A DNA stretch of 64,000 nt, taken from NCBI GenBank assembly GCA_000182565.2, contig KQ257466.1, one strand, 5' to 3'. The notes beneath the pieces were generated by a model that worked only from the letters and a program-made list of their open reading frames with translations, made no database searches and was not told the DNA's origin. Below, piece after piece: positions 36,741 to 51,886 of the stretch; positions within the stretch are counted from its first letter, which is position 1, and every line of letters starts with the position of its first letter. The translations under genes were made by a program, and so were the position numbers. The stretch comes from Spizellomyces punctatus DAOM BR117. Taxonomy: Eukaryota.

Positions 36741-39700
36741 TCACGCAGCAGAGGCTTTAGTCGGCGAATTTGGCGGCGTGTTCAAAGCCTCATTCGATTT
36801 TTTTGATGAGGATAAAGCATTTCTGGACCTGAACATGTGTTTCAACCAATGTTTTAGTCTCCGTTTACGATGGCGGGGATTTGGTGATGCCTATAATGAA
36901 TAATGTCAATCGTTTTACATTTCGAGAAGAAGAAAAAACGAATAGCACATACGTCGTCTGGAACAATCACAGAGGGATCAACGTCGTAAGCGAAACACCA
37001 AGAAAGGCATGCGGAGAACGCTTTGTGGTTAGAAAAATAGTTTGGATAGTCTCATGAATGTCGCTCAAAAAAACCACAAACGTTGAAAAAGAGGGACGAA
37101 AAGGAAATTCATCCCACCCTCCCAAGAAAAAACAAAACAAAAAACAAAAAGAAATACCAACCTGTCGATTGGGCAACATTCGTTTCACTCCCTCCTTCCA
37201 CCTTTCCAATCCGCTCCAACTCCTCTTCAATCTCATCAGCAAACAATTCTTCCAAATACGGAATTAAAGTCGTTTCGCATGGCGTAAACTGCGTGGTAGG
37301 ATGGTTCCCTTGTTCCTTTTCCTTTTGGTCCTTTGATTTCGTTGGTGATGGGGTGCTTTTTGATGATTCGGTGGGAGTGGAGGGATCTGCGTGCGTTGGG
37401 TAAGTTAGGATGGGTGGAGGGGGTTTGAGGGATTCGTGAAAAAAGGTGCGTGTCCAAGGATGGGAGAGGATTTGGTCGGTTGTTAGGCGGTGTGCGGGGT
37501 TTTTACGAAGCATGCCTAGTTTTAAACAAAATGATCGTAGATATTAATGAGGTGATTCAAAAGTGGATATCACAAATAAAAACATGCCATAAAGCAAATC
37601 CTTTAGATCGTCATCAAACCCGCTTGGCATGTCAAATTCCCCTGCCATGATCTTTTCGTATAGTACGAGTAGATTGCCATCTTCGTCGAATTCAAATGGA
37701 TATCGTCCTGTTAGCATGTTGTATCTGGTCAACAAGAAAAAACAAACGTTAGAAATGATGAGATGGCAAAAACCGTTTGCGAGAAATCAACTTACAGTGT
37801 GATACCACATGCCCATACGTCCACTGCGATGAATAACTAGCTGTTAAACCAAAAGAACGAGATGCAACTGCAAATGCAAAAATAACCGCTCGAACCTTTT
37901 TCCCCAGAAAACGAGAGAGCTCCTTCCGCAATTTCAGGCGAAAGGAACTGATGGGTCCCAGCAAACGACGTTACGTTCATTGGTGATCCATCGTACCCCG
38001 AAAATTGCTAATCTCAAAAAAGAATTCGATCAATAAAAGAGTAACCGACATATTATGTTTAAAAAAAGAGATATCCGTACCTCGGCAATCCCGAAATCGG
38101 ATATTTTCAGCACGTTGTCGGGTGTGATAAGCATGTTGCCTGGTTTGATATCCCGATCTGTATTTGTTTTGTGGTGATGTACATTATTATTCAATTGAGC
38201 TTTGAAGGATGGTTGAAATATTCTGATTTGAAAACTTTTGGTACATACGTATAACTCCTTGAGAATGAAGGTAACTCAATCCTTCCATAAGTTGTACGAA
38301 ATACCTGCCATGTTCATCAGAATTTCAACTCAATATGCACCAAACAATGAACGAAACCTCACCACTTACCAATGCGCCCTTGGAACCGGCAACCGATTCC
38401 CGTCGGATTGCTCCAGCAATACCTGGAGCGAACAAGGACAATACTCAAACACCAGGTACCACTTTAAAATCTCCACACTACGATCATCTGCGGTTCCATC
38501 CTCAAAGCGCCAGGTAATGGGTTCTTCTTCAATGGTCGAAAACCAGTTGAATACTGCAACGTTGCTGTCTTCATCTTCTACTTTGCAGTAGACGTCGATG
38601 AGAGTTATCGTGTTACGGTGCTTTAGTCGACGCAGGAGCTTGATTTCTCTAATTGAATTTTCCGTTTCGTTTAGAATGAAAAACGAATCTGAAAACGTTT
38701 GCATAAATGCGAACCTTATAACACCCTCTATACCTCCCTGCATCTTCCTCAACCGCTTTTTATTTATAATCTTGACTGCAACGCGTTGAAGCGTTTCGGA
38801 GCATAGCCCTTCCTTGACTTTTCCAAACGATCCTTTCCCAATTTGATCGCCAAGGAGATATCTCCCAATCATCTTCACCTGTGCCGCTTCATTTTTCCAT
38901 ACTACTTCCGATGAATCGATCTTGTGTATGAAATTGGAGCTTGCGTGTCGTTGACAAAGCATGAGGTATTCATAATAGTCGGGATTATTCCGATAGCTAT
39001 CGTCAATGTCACCAACGACAGATATGGGTCGACTTTCGAATATTCCTGGGGAAGGAGAACGCGGTTGATGGTGGGATTCGTCGGTGGAGAGGATTCGTGT
39101 ATCCTCCAAGGGTTGCTCTAAAGCTTGAGGATATTTATCAGCGTCCGGGACTTCGGGGATATCGGATTCAGATGGTGGACGAAGGGACGAGCGTTTTGAC
39201 CCGCCGGCGGCGAGTCCACTTGATGCCGAAGCTGGTGCGGATCCATAGGGAGTGGAAACATATCCTGTTGACGCATGTCGGAATGCTCGTCCAGTCGATC
39301 CTATCTTGTCTTGGGCTTCGCGTTTACTGGCCAAGCTTCGAGCGCTTGCGCTAGCTGCTAGTGCTCCTACACTAGCGCTGACTGACAATCCACTCCTCAA
39401 GCTGGTTGAAGCGGCGCGCATGCCAGCTGCACCCTTTACGTTGCTGTATGAAGCAACCCTACCCATACTTCCTACCCTGTTAGTGTTAACGGAGGCGACG
39501 CTTCCGTGTCTTGAAGACCCTTTGGTCAAAGAGCTGGTCGAAGTCATTAGAACCTCTTTACGAGGATACATAAGAATGGTGGGCCGCTCGGAATTTGGAA
39601 CGGAAAATTCACTTGACGCAGCAAGAGCGGCGGCAACCTCGGATACGACGCTGGACCGAGCGCTACTGCTTTTGAATATTCCTAATTGGCTCACATCCAC

Positions 39701-40078
39701 AGCTGACATTCGCTTTTGGACTGAGTTGACCATTGCAGCTTTTCCCTGAAATGTGGGCCGTCTGGATGAGTTGTTGCTCCGGGATCCATGCTGTCCGCCA
39801 TGTGTCTGTGAGACTTCCCGTCGACTATCTGTCTCAGAGACCGAAGAAGTTCTCGTTGTCCCGATGCCAGGTCCAGCAATGACAAAATCCACTCTGGTAA
39901 TATCCGGTGCTGAGAGGATCGCCTTTTGATTCAACACGAGTCCTTGTTCGGATCGAAAGGACTGCCCTCCCAGAATAGTAGGGAGGGAAACCATCTTGCG
40001 ATGGGCGTGGCCAGCAGTCCCATCGTTCGCTTCTCCCATCGTTCGCGTCCTACCAGTGCGGACTTGGGGATGAGGCAA
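36741..40078 (-). CDS. STK11: LKB1/STK11-like Ser/Thr kinase with long N-terminal extension, multi-exon
   Basis: [12 protein letters not shown]...[44 protein letters not shown]...[12 protein letters not shown], then [14 protein letters not shown] and [11 protein letters not shown]. Confidence 0.8.
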
Positions 40079-40566
40079 GCTATATTTGGTTTTTTGGGGA
40101 AGCGCGTATTTACCCCGCTTCGGGTGATTCTATGTGGGGTTTTTGAGGTTAGGGTGACTGAACTTTTGTAGTGATAGTCCAAGTTACTGAAGGCCCGTAT
40201 TCTCTTGAATAATCATCACCAAAGTGTAAGACTGGGTAGGTATTTTCTTCAAGGGTATCGTCGCGATCAGAAGCCCCGTTACCCCGGAAATTTTCAAAGA
40301 GAACCTTTCCTGAGAATAGCTCAACACTTCGCTTGCCAATATATGGATCCTTCTTAACAGTACACTCTCTTTATGTCAGTGCATTAGTTGTTAACCCTGC
40401 TATATTCGCTGTGTTTGACATATTGCACCTTTGCTCATCGTCCAGTTCCGACTGTTTATGTAAGCCAACTCGCCTGATTGGCCAAATTATATGACGTTGC
40501 CTTTCTTTATTTTTGACTTTCGCTGCAATCTTACATTCATTGCAATTGCTCCATTCACGAGCAAGT

Positions 40567-43500
40567 ATGAGGAAAAAGACACATTGGCGGAAGACCCCAA
40601 ACCCTTCCAAACTTGCCCCCCACGAAGAGGAACAAGATGTTTTTCTTTCAGACGAGGACATGGGCCTCCTGGAGGAGTATGGCTCGTTCACAAGCTTCTT
40701 GACAAACCTCAATCCAGAAGAGCTGACTCGCAATGAGGTCTTGGAAGGACCGGACGCCATAATGCGGGCCAAAGGAAAATTTCGCATATCTACTGGCGAG
40801 TCCGTCTCTGACATTGACGAACAGGATCATTCTGACTTAGAAGCGTCCTATGAGCAGCGACCGCGCCCTCTGAAGCGGGACTGGAAGGAAGAAGGAAAGA
40901 CGAGATTACCAGTTAGAGGCGAAGATGGCCAGCTGAGAGCGCAACAAGTTGTTGTTATTGAAGAAGCAGGTAGGTACGTTTCTCCAAGAGCGTGGATCTT
41001 TGTTTTCGCTCTCGTACCAGGGGAACTGATAGTCAAAATCTAGACATGAAGCCGGAGGATGAAGAGAGTGATGAAGAAGTGGATCTACCACCCGTTGCCA
41101 AAAAGGAAAGGGTGGAAAAGCCAAAGGCACCGAAGAATGAATCAAACGATACTCAACCAAAGGCGCAACCAAAAAGCCGGGCCGGACGACTGGTCGACGC
41201 TCAGGAGAAATTGGCGGAGATTGCGTCGACCATCATCGAAGATCCCGAAAAGCATATCGCACATCTAAAGAATCTTCGACAAATTGGTGGTGACAAAGAC
41301 GTCCAAATCAAAAAACTGGCCTTGTTGACCCAGCTCGCTGTATACAAGGATATCATCCCGGGCTACCGTATTCGTCAGTTGACGGAAGAAGAGCAAACCA
41401 TGAAAGTGTCAAAGGATGTTAAACGGCTGAGGCAATATGAAGAAACCTTGCTCGCTAATTACCAAGCCTACCTTCAGATCCTTGAAAACACTGTTCAAGC
41501 GTCCCTCAAATCATCCGACTCTGACAAGGCCCTCCTCGTCATCGCAATCCAGTGCATGGCGGACCTACTCACATCTGTAACACACTTTAACTTTCGGCTC
41601 AACCTATTGACTGCGGTCGTTGCTCGTATGACTCTCAAAACCCCACCAGAAGTCGCTGTCATCTGCTGCAATGCGCTTTGTACTCTCTTTGACAATGATG
41701 AATCCGGCGAAGTGAGCCTCGAAGCGGTGAAACTTATTGCTAAGGCAATCAAAGCCAAACACTTCAATGTGCAAGAGGAGGTGCTGAGGACATTTCTACA
41801 CCTAAGGTTGAACCAGGATCTTGCTGCTGGGAATGATCAGCCTGTGGAAAAGGAGCGAGGGACCAAGGACAGAGCTTCTAACAAGAGAAAAAGCACCGAG
41901 AAACACGTATCACGCAAAAAGCGAAAGATTGAAAAGCACAACAAGGAGATTGAAAAGGAGTTTAAGGAGGCTGAGGCAGTTTACGATCGAGAGGAAGTGA
42001 AGAAACGACACACGGAGACATTGAAATTTGTGTTTTTGACGTATTTTCGGATATTGAAGAACGCACAGGCATCTCCATTGCTGCCTGCTGTGTTGGAGGG
42101 GCTCGCAAGGTACATTGAGAAAGCCGTCGGTATACTCAGACCCATAGCTAAACCGTCCTCTCCGCAGATTCGCACATCTTATCAATGTCGAATTTTTTGC
42201 CGACTTGCTGAACGTTTTGAAAAGGATATCTTTTGAACAATATCAGCAATATCTTGCGGGAGATGTCGCATCAGAAGCAGACACCCGAAGTGCATTTCAC
42301 TGCGTTATTGCAGCTTTTCAACTTCTCAGTGGCCAGGGTGAAGCCCTTAATCTGGACTTGAAAGACTTTTACAACTCCATGTACACACAGCTGATGCGCT
42401 TACCTATGAACCCGGAGGCAGCGCTCGCGGTAGCCGGTACAGCAGCTACGACAAAAAGGCGGGCACAAAAGGCAAAGTCATCGACGCTTGTGCATATTGA
42501 GAACCGATCGGGTAGCGAAATTGAGCTGGCGTTGCAAGGGTTCGAATTGCTCTTTTATAAGAAGCGACAGGTGAGTTATTACTTTTTCTCGATGTTGGCT
42601 TTCAGACAAGGCTCGATGATGACAATGGGATAATGACATCACTCATGATTTTGGGAGACATGATCTCCCAAATTGTTCCTACTGAGAGCTTTCAATGAGG
42701 TCGATGGGCATGTTCTTGAATTGTATACGCTGCTAATATGATGGACTCAATTAATAGGTGCCCGCCGAACGCGTAGCAGCTTTCGTTAAGCGACTTGCAA
42801 TCGTGGCCCTTCATCTCCCTGCAAATGCCGTTTTAGCATGTCTGGCCATTATTCGTTCCCTCATCATCGTGAGTGATTGTTTATATTAAGTCAATAATTG
42901 CGGACAGTCTGACATTCTCCTCCTTGTTTAGCGATTCCCCCGTTTAGAGTCTCTACTGGACGCCGAAGGCCGTTTGGGAACAGGTATCTACCAACCAATG
43001 CTGGACGACCCCGAGCTTTCAAATCCCTTCGCTACCAATCTATGGGAAATGACGCTCTTTATGCAACACTATCATCCCACTGTTTCCTCTCTCGCCAAAC
43101 ACGTCACATCCACGATTGCTATTACCCAGAAAGGCACCGCTCATGTCACCAACGTCCACAAACCCCTCCCCAGCAATCTTGCTTTACCACCAAGAGATTT
43201 TCTCACCGCATTTGATCCCCAACCAGCGATTGTCGGAAACCCACGGTTCCATTTGGTCCCCGCGGCGGAGATACCTGGTTCCATTGCGTCGATACTGAAG
43301 AAGAAGAAGGAGAAGGGCATCAAATACGCAGACGGTCCCACCGTGGTCCTCGAAAGTAGTTTCATGGAGAATCTGAGAGAGAGCACGGCCACCACTGATG
43401 ACAACAATGTGTCCCTTGCAAAGTCTTTCAGAGAGATGAAAGAAGTTGGTGAGCTGAAGGAGTTGGAGGCCGTGGCAAGCCGGTTGCGAATCATGGTGGA

Positions 43501-43723
43501 GCTTTTGAAGGAACATGCCGCGATGGACGACGAGCATTCAGACAGCGGGGAGGAGCCAAATGAGTTTGGTGTAGTAGATAGTCAAAGTGAGGAAGACGGT
43601 GAGGACCAACGTTTTGAGGCACCACCAGCACCTCAACAGCTTAAAAAGCGACGAAAATGTATGGGTGGAACAAAAGGTCGACCTGGGGGTGGATGGGTAG
43701 TGAAGGATGTGACAGGTAGATGA
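40567..43723 (+). CDS. NOC3: Nucleolar complex protein 3 (NOC3), multi-exon
   Basis: AVYKDIIPGYRIR, HFNFRLNL, VLEGLARFAHLINVEF and CBF-domain PELSNPFATNLWE...HYHP motifs. Confidence 0.9.
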
Positions 43724-43824
43724 TTGTATATCAAAATATCTATATAGAAGCCACTAGGTATAAGAACGCCCAACGCTGACGTGCGTTTTAAGCAATTCTA
43801 GCTGGAAAATACATCAAATGTGCT

Positions 43825-45470
43825 TCACCCATCCTCTGGGGACTTGGCCACGTTACCCAGTAATGATCTAATCCCGGTGATTGACCTCCGACATGATTTT
43901 GCCACCGATCTGTATCCGCCCTGTATTCTACGCCCGATTTTTGCAAGTAAATCCTTGCTAGCCTTATTCCACCTAGGATCAATGAAGAAATTTACCAAGG
44001 GGTTGAATATTCCTGGAAAGATTGATGTGGAAAAATGTTGGATTAATGCGTCGCTTTAAGATCATAGTCACATCTCTGCTCACCTGGAGACACAGCAAGG
44101 ATAGAAGCGTACATGTCAAATTTATTCGATACTGGTTCGTGATTAATGCCGCTATATATCATCTTGACTGTGTTTGGCAACCACATCATCGTGAAGCAGA
44201 TGACCATGATGGCGCACTTTCTTGCCACCTCTAACGGAACGCAAAGCTGTGTTCAGTGGATTATCCATGTGGCATTGTGTTCAACATGGACCTTACGAGA
44301 TTCTAATTTCCCAATTCTCTGAATTGAAAGATCATTCTTTGATAGCGCAATCTTGGTCTCTGCAAGTCGACTTTGCCCGCCTATCTGCGACTCGCTCGGT
44401 CTTGATATGTCGTCCCTACTGGTGTTTGCAACCATATTTGAGTTCTGATGAGCGCTGGCACTTTGGTTCTGCGGGACACTGGCGCTAGTACTATTTCCGT
44501 CGCGTTTCTTTTTATCGTTTGTTTGGATGCCTCCCAACTTGCGGGCAGCTTTGCGTACTATGAGCCAGATCGCTGTATATGTCACTCTAAACGAATCGTC
44601 ATCATTGAATAGTTGCTAGTAGACATTTTTGAATATCGCCAGGGTTTTACTTACCCTACATTCAACATTGACAGCACCGCAACCATACCGAGGATGACCG
44701 TGAGCCTCCGATTCACGACTGGATGAGGTTGCGGACGAAGCACGCTGCCCCCTGGTGAAGAGCTTCATCAATTACAATCCCTGCAATCCCTCCGTTATAA
44801 AGTTTCTGGAGAAGATACTCACAATCTGGGCAGCAATATATACCCGCTTCTTGAACAGCATACTTATTCCCACTCGCGAAGTAGATGCTAGCCAGGATAA
44901 TGGACGTAACGGTACACAAAGTGATCCCACAGCCGGTAAGTAGTCCGGTCCACTTTTTGCCCATCAGAATGGTGTGGCTGCGCTCTTGAGTAAGAAGACC
45001 AATGCCGAGGATTGAGATGAAGCCCCCCACGCAACTCATGAATCCCTGAAATTGACACCAGCTGTCTGATAGACGCCTGCCAAGATGTAAATAAGCCATA
45101 TGTAACTGGTAGCATTGGATATTTAAGAGAGTACCATTTTCCGGACCGTAGCATGTCCAATACGGCGCCAAGTTGAAAAACATTCCTGTTAGAGCAAGTT
45201 GTTAGGATGCGGATGACTAGAAATGGCTACCGATTCACGAACGAATACTTGCAAAAATAAGTCTCCAATGCCAATGTAAAAGATAATCCAGTTGTGCCAT
45301 TTTGTCGCCCCTGTCCGTAAATCTGACGATGTGATGAATAGGGTGAAATTGAAGATTGCAATCAAGAGAGCCCCGGAATGCAGGATGACACCAATGGAAT
45401 CGTGGGTTTTTTGAAGCGAGGTCAAAGTGCGCTCGTATGGTATGCCGATCCAGTCTGTTGCATCAGCCAT
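43825..45470 (-). CDS. Class A (rhodopsin-like) 7TM GPCR with opsin-like motifs, multi-exon
   Basis: TM2 IGIGDL, TM3 WCQFQGF...QERS, ECL2 YAVQEAGIYCCPD, TM6 FTMMWLP, and spliced TM7 ILAVSPG|IFNPLVNFFIDPRW. Confidence 0.7.
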
Positions 45471-47040
45471 GCTGAAATTTGGTGGTCTGAACGAGAAAGG
45501 AATTGGGAACTAGGAATTCGGAACGAGTGGGGTTGTCTGTAGCTTATGGCCATTCAATGGTGTCGTGACTTTCGAAATATTTTGTTGGTACGACCGGCAG
45601 AAGTCATTTAGCTGCACGTTACCATTACTTTCTGCATCCGTCAGCCGAGAACCAAATGTCAGGGATATCTATGAATAGTTACCTTCAGTCCAAGAATAGG
45701 CGAAAACACGTTTCAGACACTCAGCGACAGTTGGGCCAAGAATTCTGCAAAAACGAGAAATATTTGGGTCTCGAGGATCTTCAAAATAGGCAGTACAAGC
45801 AGAACGTCCCTTATTGCTTTTCGGGAGTTCCCATTAATGACGACTTTTAGACATTTCAATGTTTCGCGAGATTGGCTGGCTAACATTCCAAATAGACGGA
45901 AAGGGATGTGGATGATGACCCTTAATTATGTTTTATTTCTGAAGGCGCTAAAAGCGATTTCAGTGCAATTGTCCCTCGGGTAGCGCATCGCATTCCCGTG
46001 GACTACCTCGGAGACACTCGTGACATTAAACTGCCTCCCGACCAAGTGCAACAATGTACCTTTGAACAAACATACGCTTCATTATGCACTAAATAACTTG
46101 GTCTACTCTCGTTTAAAAAAACTTTTAGGAACAAAGAATTTCTCCTATATTGCCCTTACTCTCACTGTTCTATCATTGGTTCTCTATTATCTTTGATCTA
46201 CTATACTACCAAATAGGCCCGAACCATCCACATTCATTCATACTTGAAATAGTTTGCAATGTGGCAGCTGTGTGAATTCACCAACTGGTTCGCAGTAAAA
46301 TCCAAATGTTCATTACTGCAAGTCTTGCTGGTCGGAGTTGTCTTACGAAAGATCACGGGGATGATAAAGTAATGAGTGTCCGTCATCTGCCCCATTTCCG
46401 TGTTCGGATCGCGCACGGGACTCTTTCACTCAATAAGGTTGACCCTTTTTTAGGGGAGGGTTGAGGTTTCTACTCGCAAACAGGCGGCAGGTCAGCCGTT
46501 GCAATGCACGTTGAAAACCAAGCATTTCGACGACGTTGTTTTGCTTTCCGCCTTGTCCGCCAGGCGCTGTGCTTCACAAAGGCTTTTGGGGCCGCGGCAA
46601 ACCGTCCATCAAACCATGAAAACGTCACCACAACACATGCAATGCATCCAGGTTCCAGCATAGAGTAGGAGGCACAGCCATAAATAGAATTTGGAATGCA
46701 TCCGGGTCCATAAGAAGCAAACCAATTAGTCATCCCTAAACCAGACTGTCCCAATATGCAGTCAAGATAACACTAGTTTCCCTCCACATCATCCCAGCCA
46801 GACAGCCTTATTTGCGGAACGGAAACAAGCCAGGACGGACCTACTGCACTCTCTTGCGCATCGCAGTTTGAAAAGGTGCGCGGAATCTACTTGAAAGGAG
46901 ACTTAATTGGGCTGCCACCGAGACATTCCGCTTGAAATTGTTCTCCAGACCGACTCCGCTGCGGCGTTGTAAACTGCTCGGATATTCTCCTGATATAAAC
47001 TGCTTGAACTCTGCCCACCCCCTGGGCATTTTACTGGGGA

Positions 47041-49555
47041 AATACAGCACCAATCCTGGCGTCCGCAGGTTCCGGCGGCCAAAAGCGCAGATATCAGGAA
47101 AACGACTCGGAGGACATCGGTTCGCCGGAGCTTAATTCCGGAACCGATTTCGCTGCCTCCAGCGCTTTCAGCGCTGTTGGACAGTCGGGTACGCGTGAAA
47201 GCAAACGCATGAGACTTGACGGCAGTGAGGACATCCTGGGAGAGCCGGCTGACATGAAGATCAACGCAGTATCACCTACTGGCGCCGCAAATGGGTATTT
47301 GCGTGGGGAGGCAGTTAGTAACGGGAAGGCAAGAGGGCTGCCAAAGAGTCAAAGACAAGAGGAATTGGTGCGCCTTATAATCCAGTCGCTGCAAGATTTA
47401 GGCCTCAGGTAAGCAGCTAGCATCAGGACGCCTGAGCCTGGAGAACTTCCGCACCCGATCAACTGAACATGTGGTCACAACTCTCAATATTGTAGAGATT
47501 CTGCAGAAACAGTTCAACGTGAATCCGGATACAGCCTGGAGTCACCAGCTGTAAGCCAATTTCGCCAAGGAGTGCTGTCAGGAAGCTGGGAAGCAGTGGA
47601 AGATCTATTGCCGATCTTGGATATTGACGCACAAGACTTTCAGGTGGAGTCCAAGTCAGCACGCGGCTAGACTTTGTAAATCAAATGTCAACTTATAATT
47701 GTATCTTTTCAAAAGACCATCAAGTTTCTCATCCGCGAGCAGAAATACTTGGAGTTATTAGAGCAGCAAAAAACGAAGAAAGCGTTGGCTGTCTTACGGC
47801 AAGAATTGGCGCCTATAAACATCAATTTACACAGGCTTCATGAGCTTTCGAGGTACGAATGATAATGGATTCTGGTGGATACTCCACGCTAACTCAGAGT
47901 CAACCAAAGCTTCATTATGTGCACTGATATCGACACACTGCGATCAAAAGCAAACTGGGACGGAGCTGACGGAAAGTCGCGTGCAATACTTTTAAGCAAA
48001 CTGCAAAGTAAGCCAACAATGGACGAGCGAATATGCACTATACCTTAACTTTTCCGTTGTTGTACACTCAGAACATATCCCTTCTGCTATAATGATACCG
48101 GAGCGTCGTCTCGATATTCTACTGGATCAAGCGATCCAATTACAAAAGATGAACTGCCTGTATCACAACGTGTCCGAGGAGTCGACCTCGTTGTACGTGG
48201 ACCATTCTTGTGATAGGTACCTAATTAACACAGTTCAAAGGTTACACTTTCTACAAAGGATTCACTTTATGTGCCACAGGAACCGATTTCCGTGCATCAC
48301 AACTCACATCTTTGAAGAGCACGCCGATGAAGTCTGGTTCCTTGCATTTTCTCATGACGGCAATTATCTGGCTTCGGCTTCAAAGGATATGACCGCGGTT
48401 ATTTGGAGTGTGGGGGTGAGTCTTCTTTTTGTGATCAACCAATGGCACTTGACTGACGTCCCATAAAAGGAATGGAAACTAGTCCACATTCTGGCCGGAC
48501 ATACAAATGCAATTTCGTTTCTGGCATGGAGTCCGGATGACAGTTTGCTTTTGACCGGGTCCAACGATAATTCGCTCAAAGTTTGGGATCCCAAAGTACG
48601 TTGGCTTATATTACGGCATAGGAGGCAAACCTATTTACTCAACATTTTCCTCATTTTTAGACGGGAGGCTGCATAAGCACCTTCTCTCGACATACAGACA
48701 CGGTGACATCTTGCGCCTGGCTTCCAGATGGGAAGCATTTCGTTTCCGGGAGCGTCGACAAACACATTTACCTGTGGAATCTCGAGGGCGAACTTGTGCA
48801 CAAATGGTCTGGGGTACGCGTGACAGATCTGGCGGTGGCCAAGGACGGAAATATTATGCTAGCCATATCTGAGAAGAAGATTCGAATCTATAATTTGCTG
48901 GATAAATCTGAGATTGGGTATGTTTCGTACGTCTTGACGTTTGACCTATAGCTTTTTAACTGATGGATATTGCGGGTTTATAAAGTGCGCTCCCCGAAAC
49001 AGATTCTATCACGTCCGTGAGTATTGCCGATGACTGTCAGCATGTGTTGGTCAATCTCTCGATACAGGTACGATGTGGTAGTATGAAGACGCCTTGTGTC
49101 CGTCCGAAAACTCACACTCCATTCCAGGAGGTTCATTTGTGGGACCTGGAAGAAAAGCGTCTCGTCCGCAAATATGTTGGTCAAAAACAGGGACGATTTG
49201 TCATTAGATCATGTTTTGGTGGACTTCATCAAAATTTTGTTCTGAGTGGGAGCGAAGGTATTCCAACACTTTCATCAATCATATTCTGGCAGTGGTTCGT
49301 TGACTATCATTCCATTGTGTAGACTCGCTAGTGTACGTGTGGCATCGAGAACGCGGGGTTCTGATCGAATCATTACCTGGCCATACAGGTACGGGCAAAA
49401 CGCCATACTGAGATTACCACTACATGCTCACCTCATGCTATTGTGCTGTAGGTTGCGTCAATTGCGTTAGTTGGAATCCGAAACGGAATATGTTTGCCTC
49501 CGCATCAGACGATCACACAATACGAGTCTGGGGCCTAGCACCAGGCAATGCTTAA
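47041..49555 (+). CDS. GID7: WDR26/GID7-like LisH-CTLH WD40 protein (start uncertain), multi-exon
   Basis: [43 protein letters not shown] and FVIRSCFGG motifs with several WD repeats. Confidence 0.85.
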
Positions 49556-49818
49556 TAGCTCTGCGATCTTCACCATTCTGCCTTAGTATAACTATCCCTC
49601 CCCTTTTTCTTGTGTATATGGTAGCGGCTTTTGAATATACGCTTTTTTCACCTAATGGAATGAAAGCGAGCTCCTGCGCTATTGCTGAGTGATGCACTAC
49701 ATCAATCTTGATCACTAAAATGCGTTACTGACGCGCAGTCTGGGTACTAATGAAAGTATAAAAATCAATTGAGCTCCCTATCCATATACAAGAACACTCC
49801 ACCCTCCATGGTCCCAAT

Positions 49819-51114
<1,296 letters not shown>

Positions 51115-51186
51115 TGCGTCGACGTTGCGAAAGAGAGGGAACGTTACGGGTCCCCGCTGCAGTAACTAGTTATTCGCAGATTCAAA

Positions 51187-51215
51187 GAATTTTTCACGTG
51201 ATGTTTATCACGTGA
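51187..51215. promoter_or_regulatory. Paired palindromic E-boxes (TCACGTGA x2) overlapping an RRPE-like motif, upstream of RPS3
   Basis: TCACGTGA at 51194-51201 and 51208-51215. Minus-strand TGAAAAATTC at 51187-51196. Confidence 0.5.
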
Positions 51216-51886
51216 TTATGGCCATGAACGACTTCCTCATCATGCGTGCCTTCGTTCAACAACACACCGGTGTCAGTCCAAACATCCAGCGATGGTGATG
51301 TGTCTCGGTAATTTTGTATGAGAAGATGTAGGCTGTTTGTCTTTTACTAACTATGACGAGGTGTTAGCACAATGCGCAGCCGTTAAAAAGGCAAAATGTG
51401 CACCAGTGAGGGACTGACAGGAATGTCATCTTGCGGTCCATCTGGTCTTCATCAATAGCAGCGGTACCGCTAACGGTCGGCTACCGGTATGTGCTGTTAG
51501 GGACCTGGCAAATGGGGATTATGAAGATTCCGATCTTTACGTAATCCAAAGACGCGGTACTGGGAGCGTGACCTAATCGCGCGTTTGCGCAGACCTCGTC
51601 GGGTTTCTCTCCTGCGCGCTGCTCGCTGCGATATCCCTTGTCACAAACAATTGAAAAAAAAAGACTTTCTACTTATTGCAAGCAAATCCACCGAAAGCGA
51701 AGGAGAGCATTCAATAGATCACTTGGCTTTTTCTGAACAACGATCGGAACGAAACGATCTTGCGACTACAACTTGTGACTTTGGACGCGCACGATGATAT
51801 AGAGAAGCCTCAACGCTCACAATCCCTTCAAAATAACCCTTTCTTTCCATCAGCAACCCAAAAGGTATAAGGACAGTCATAGAGCC

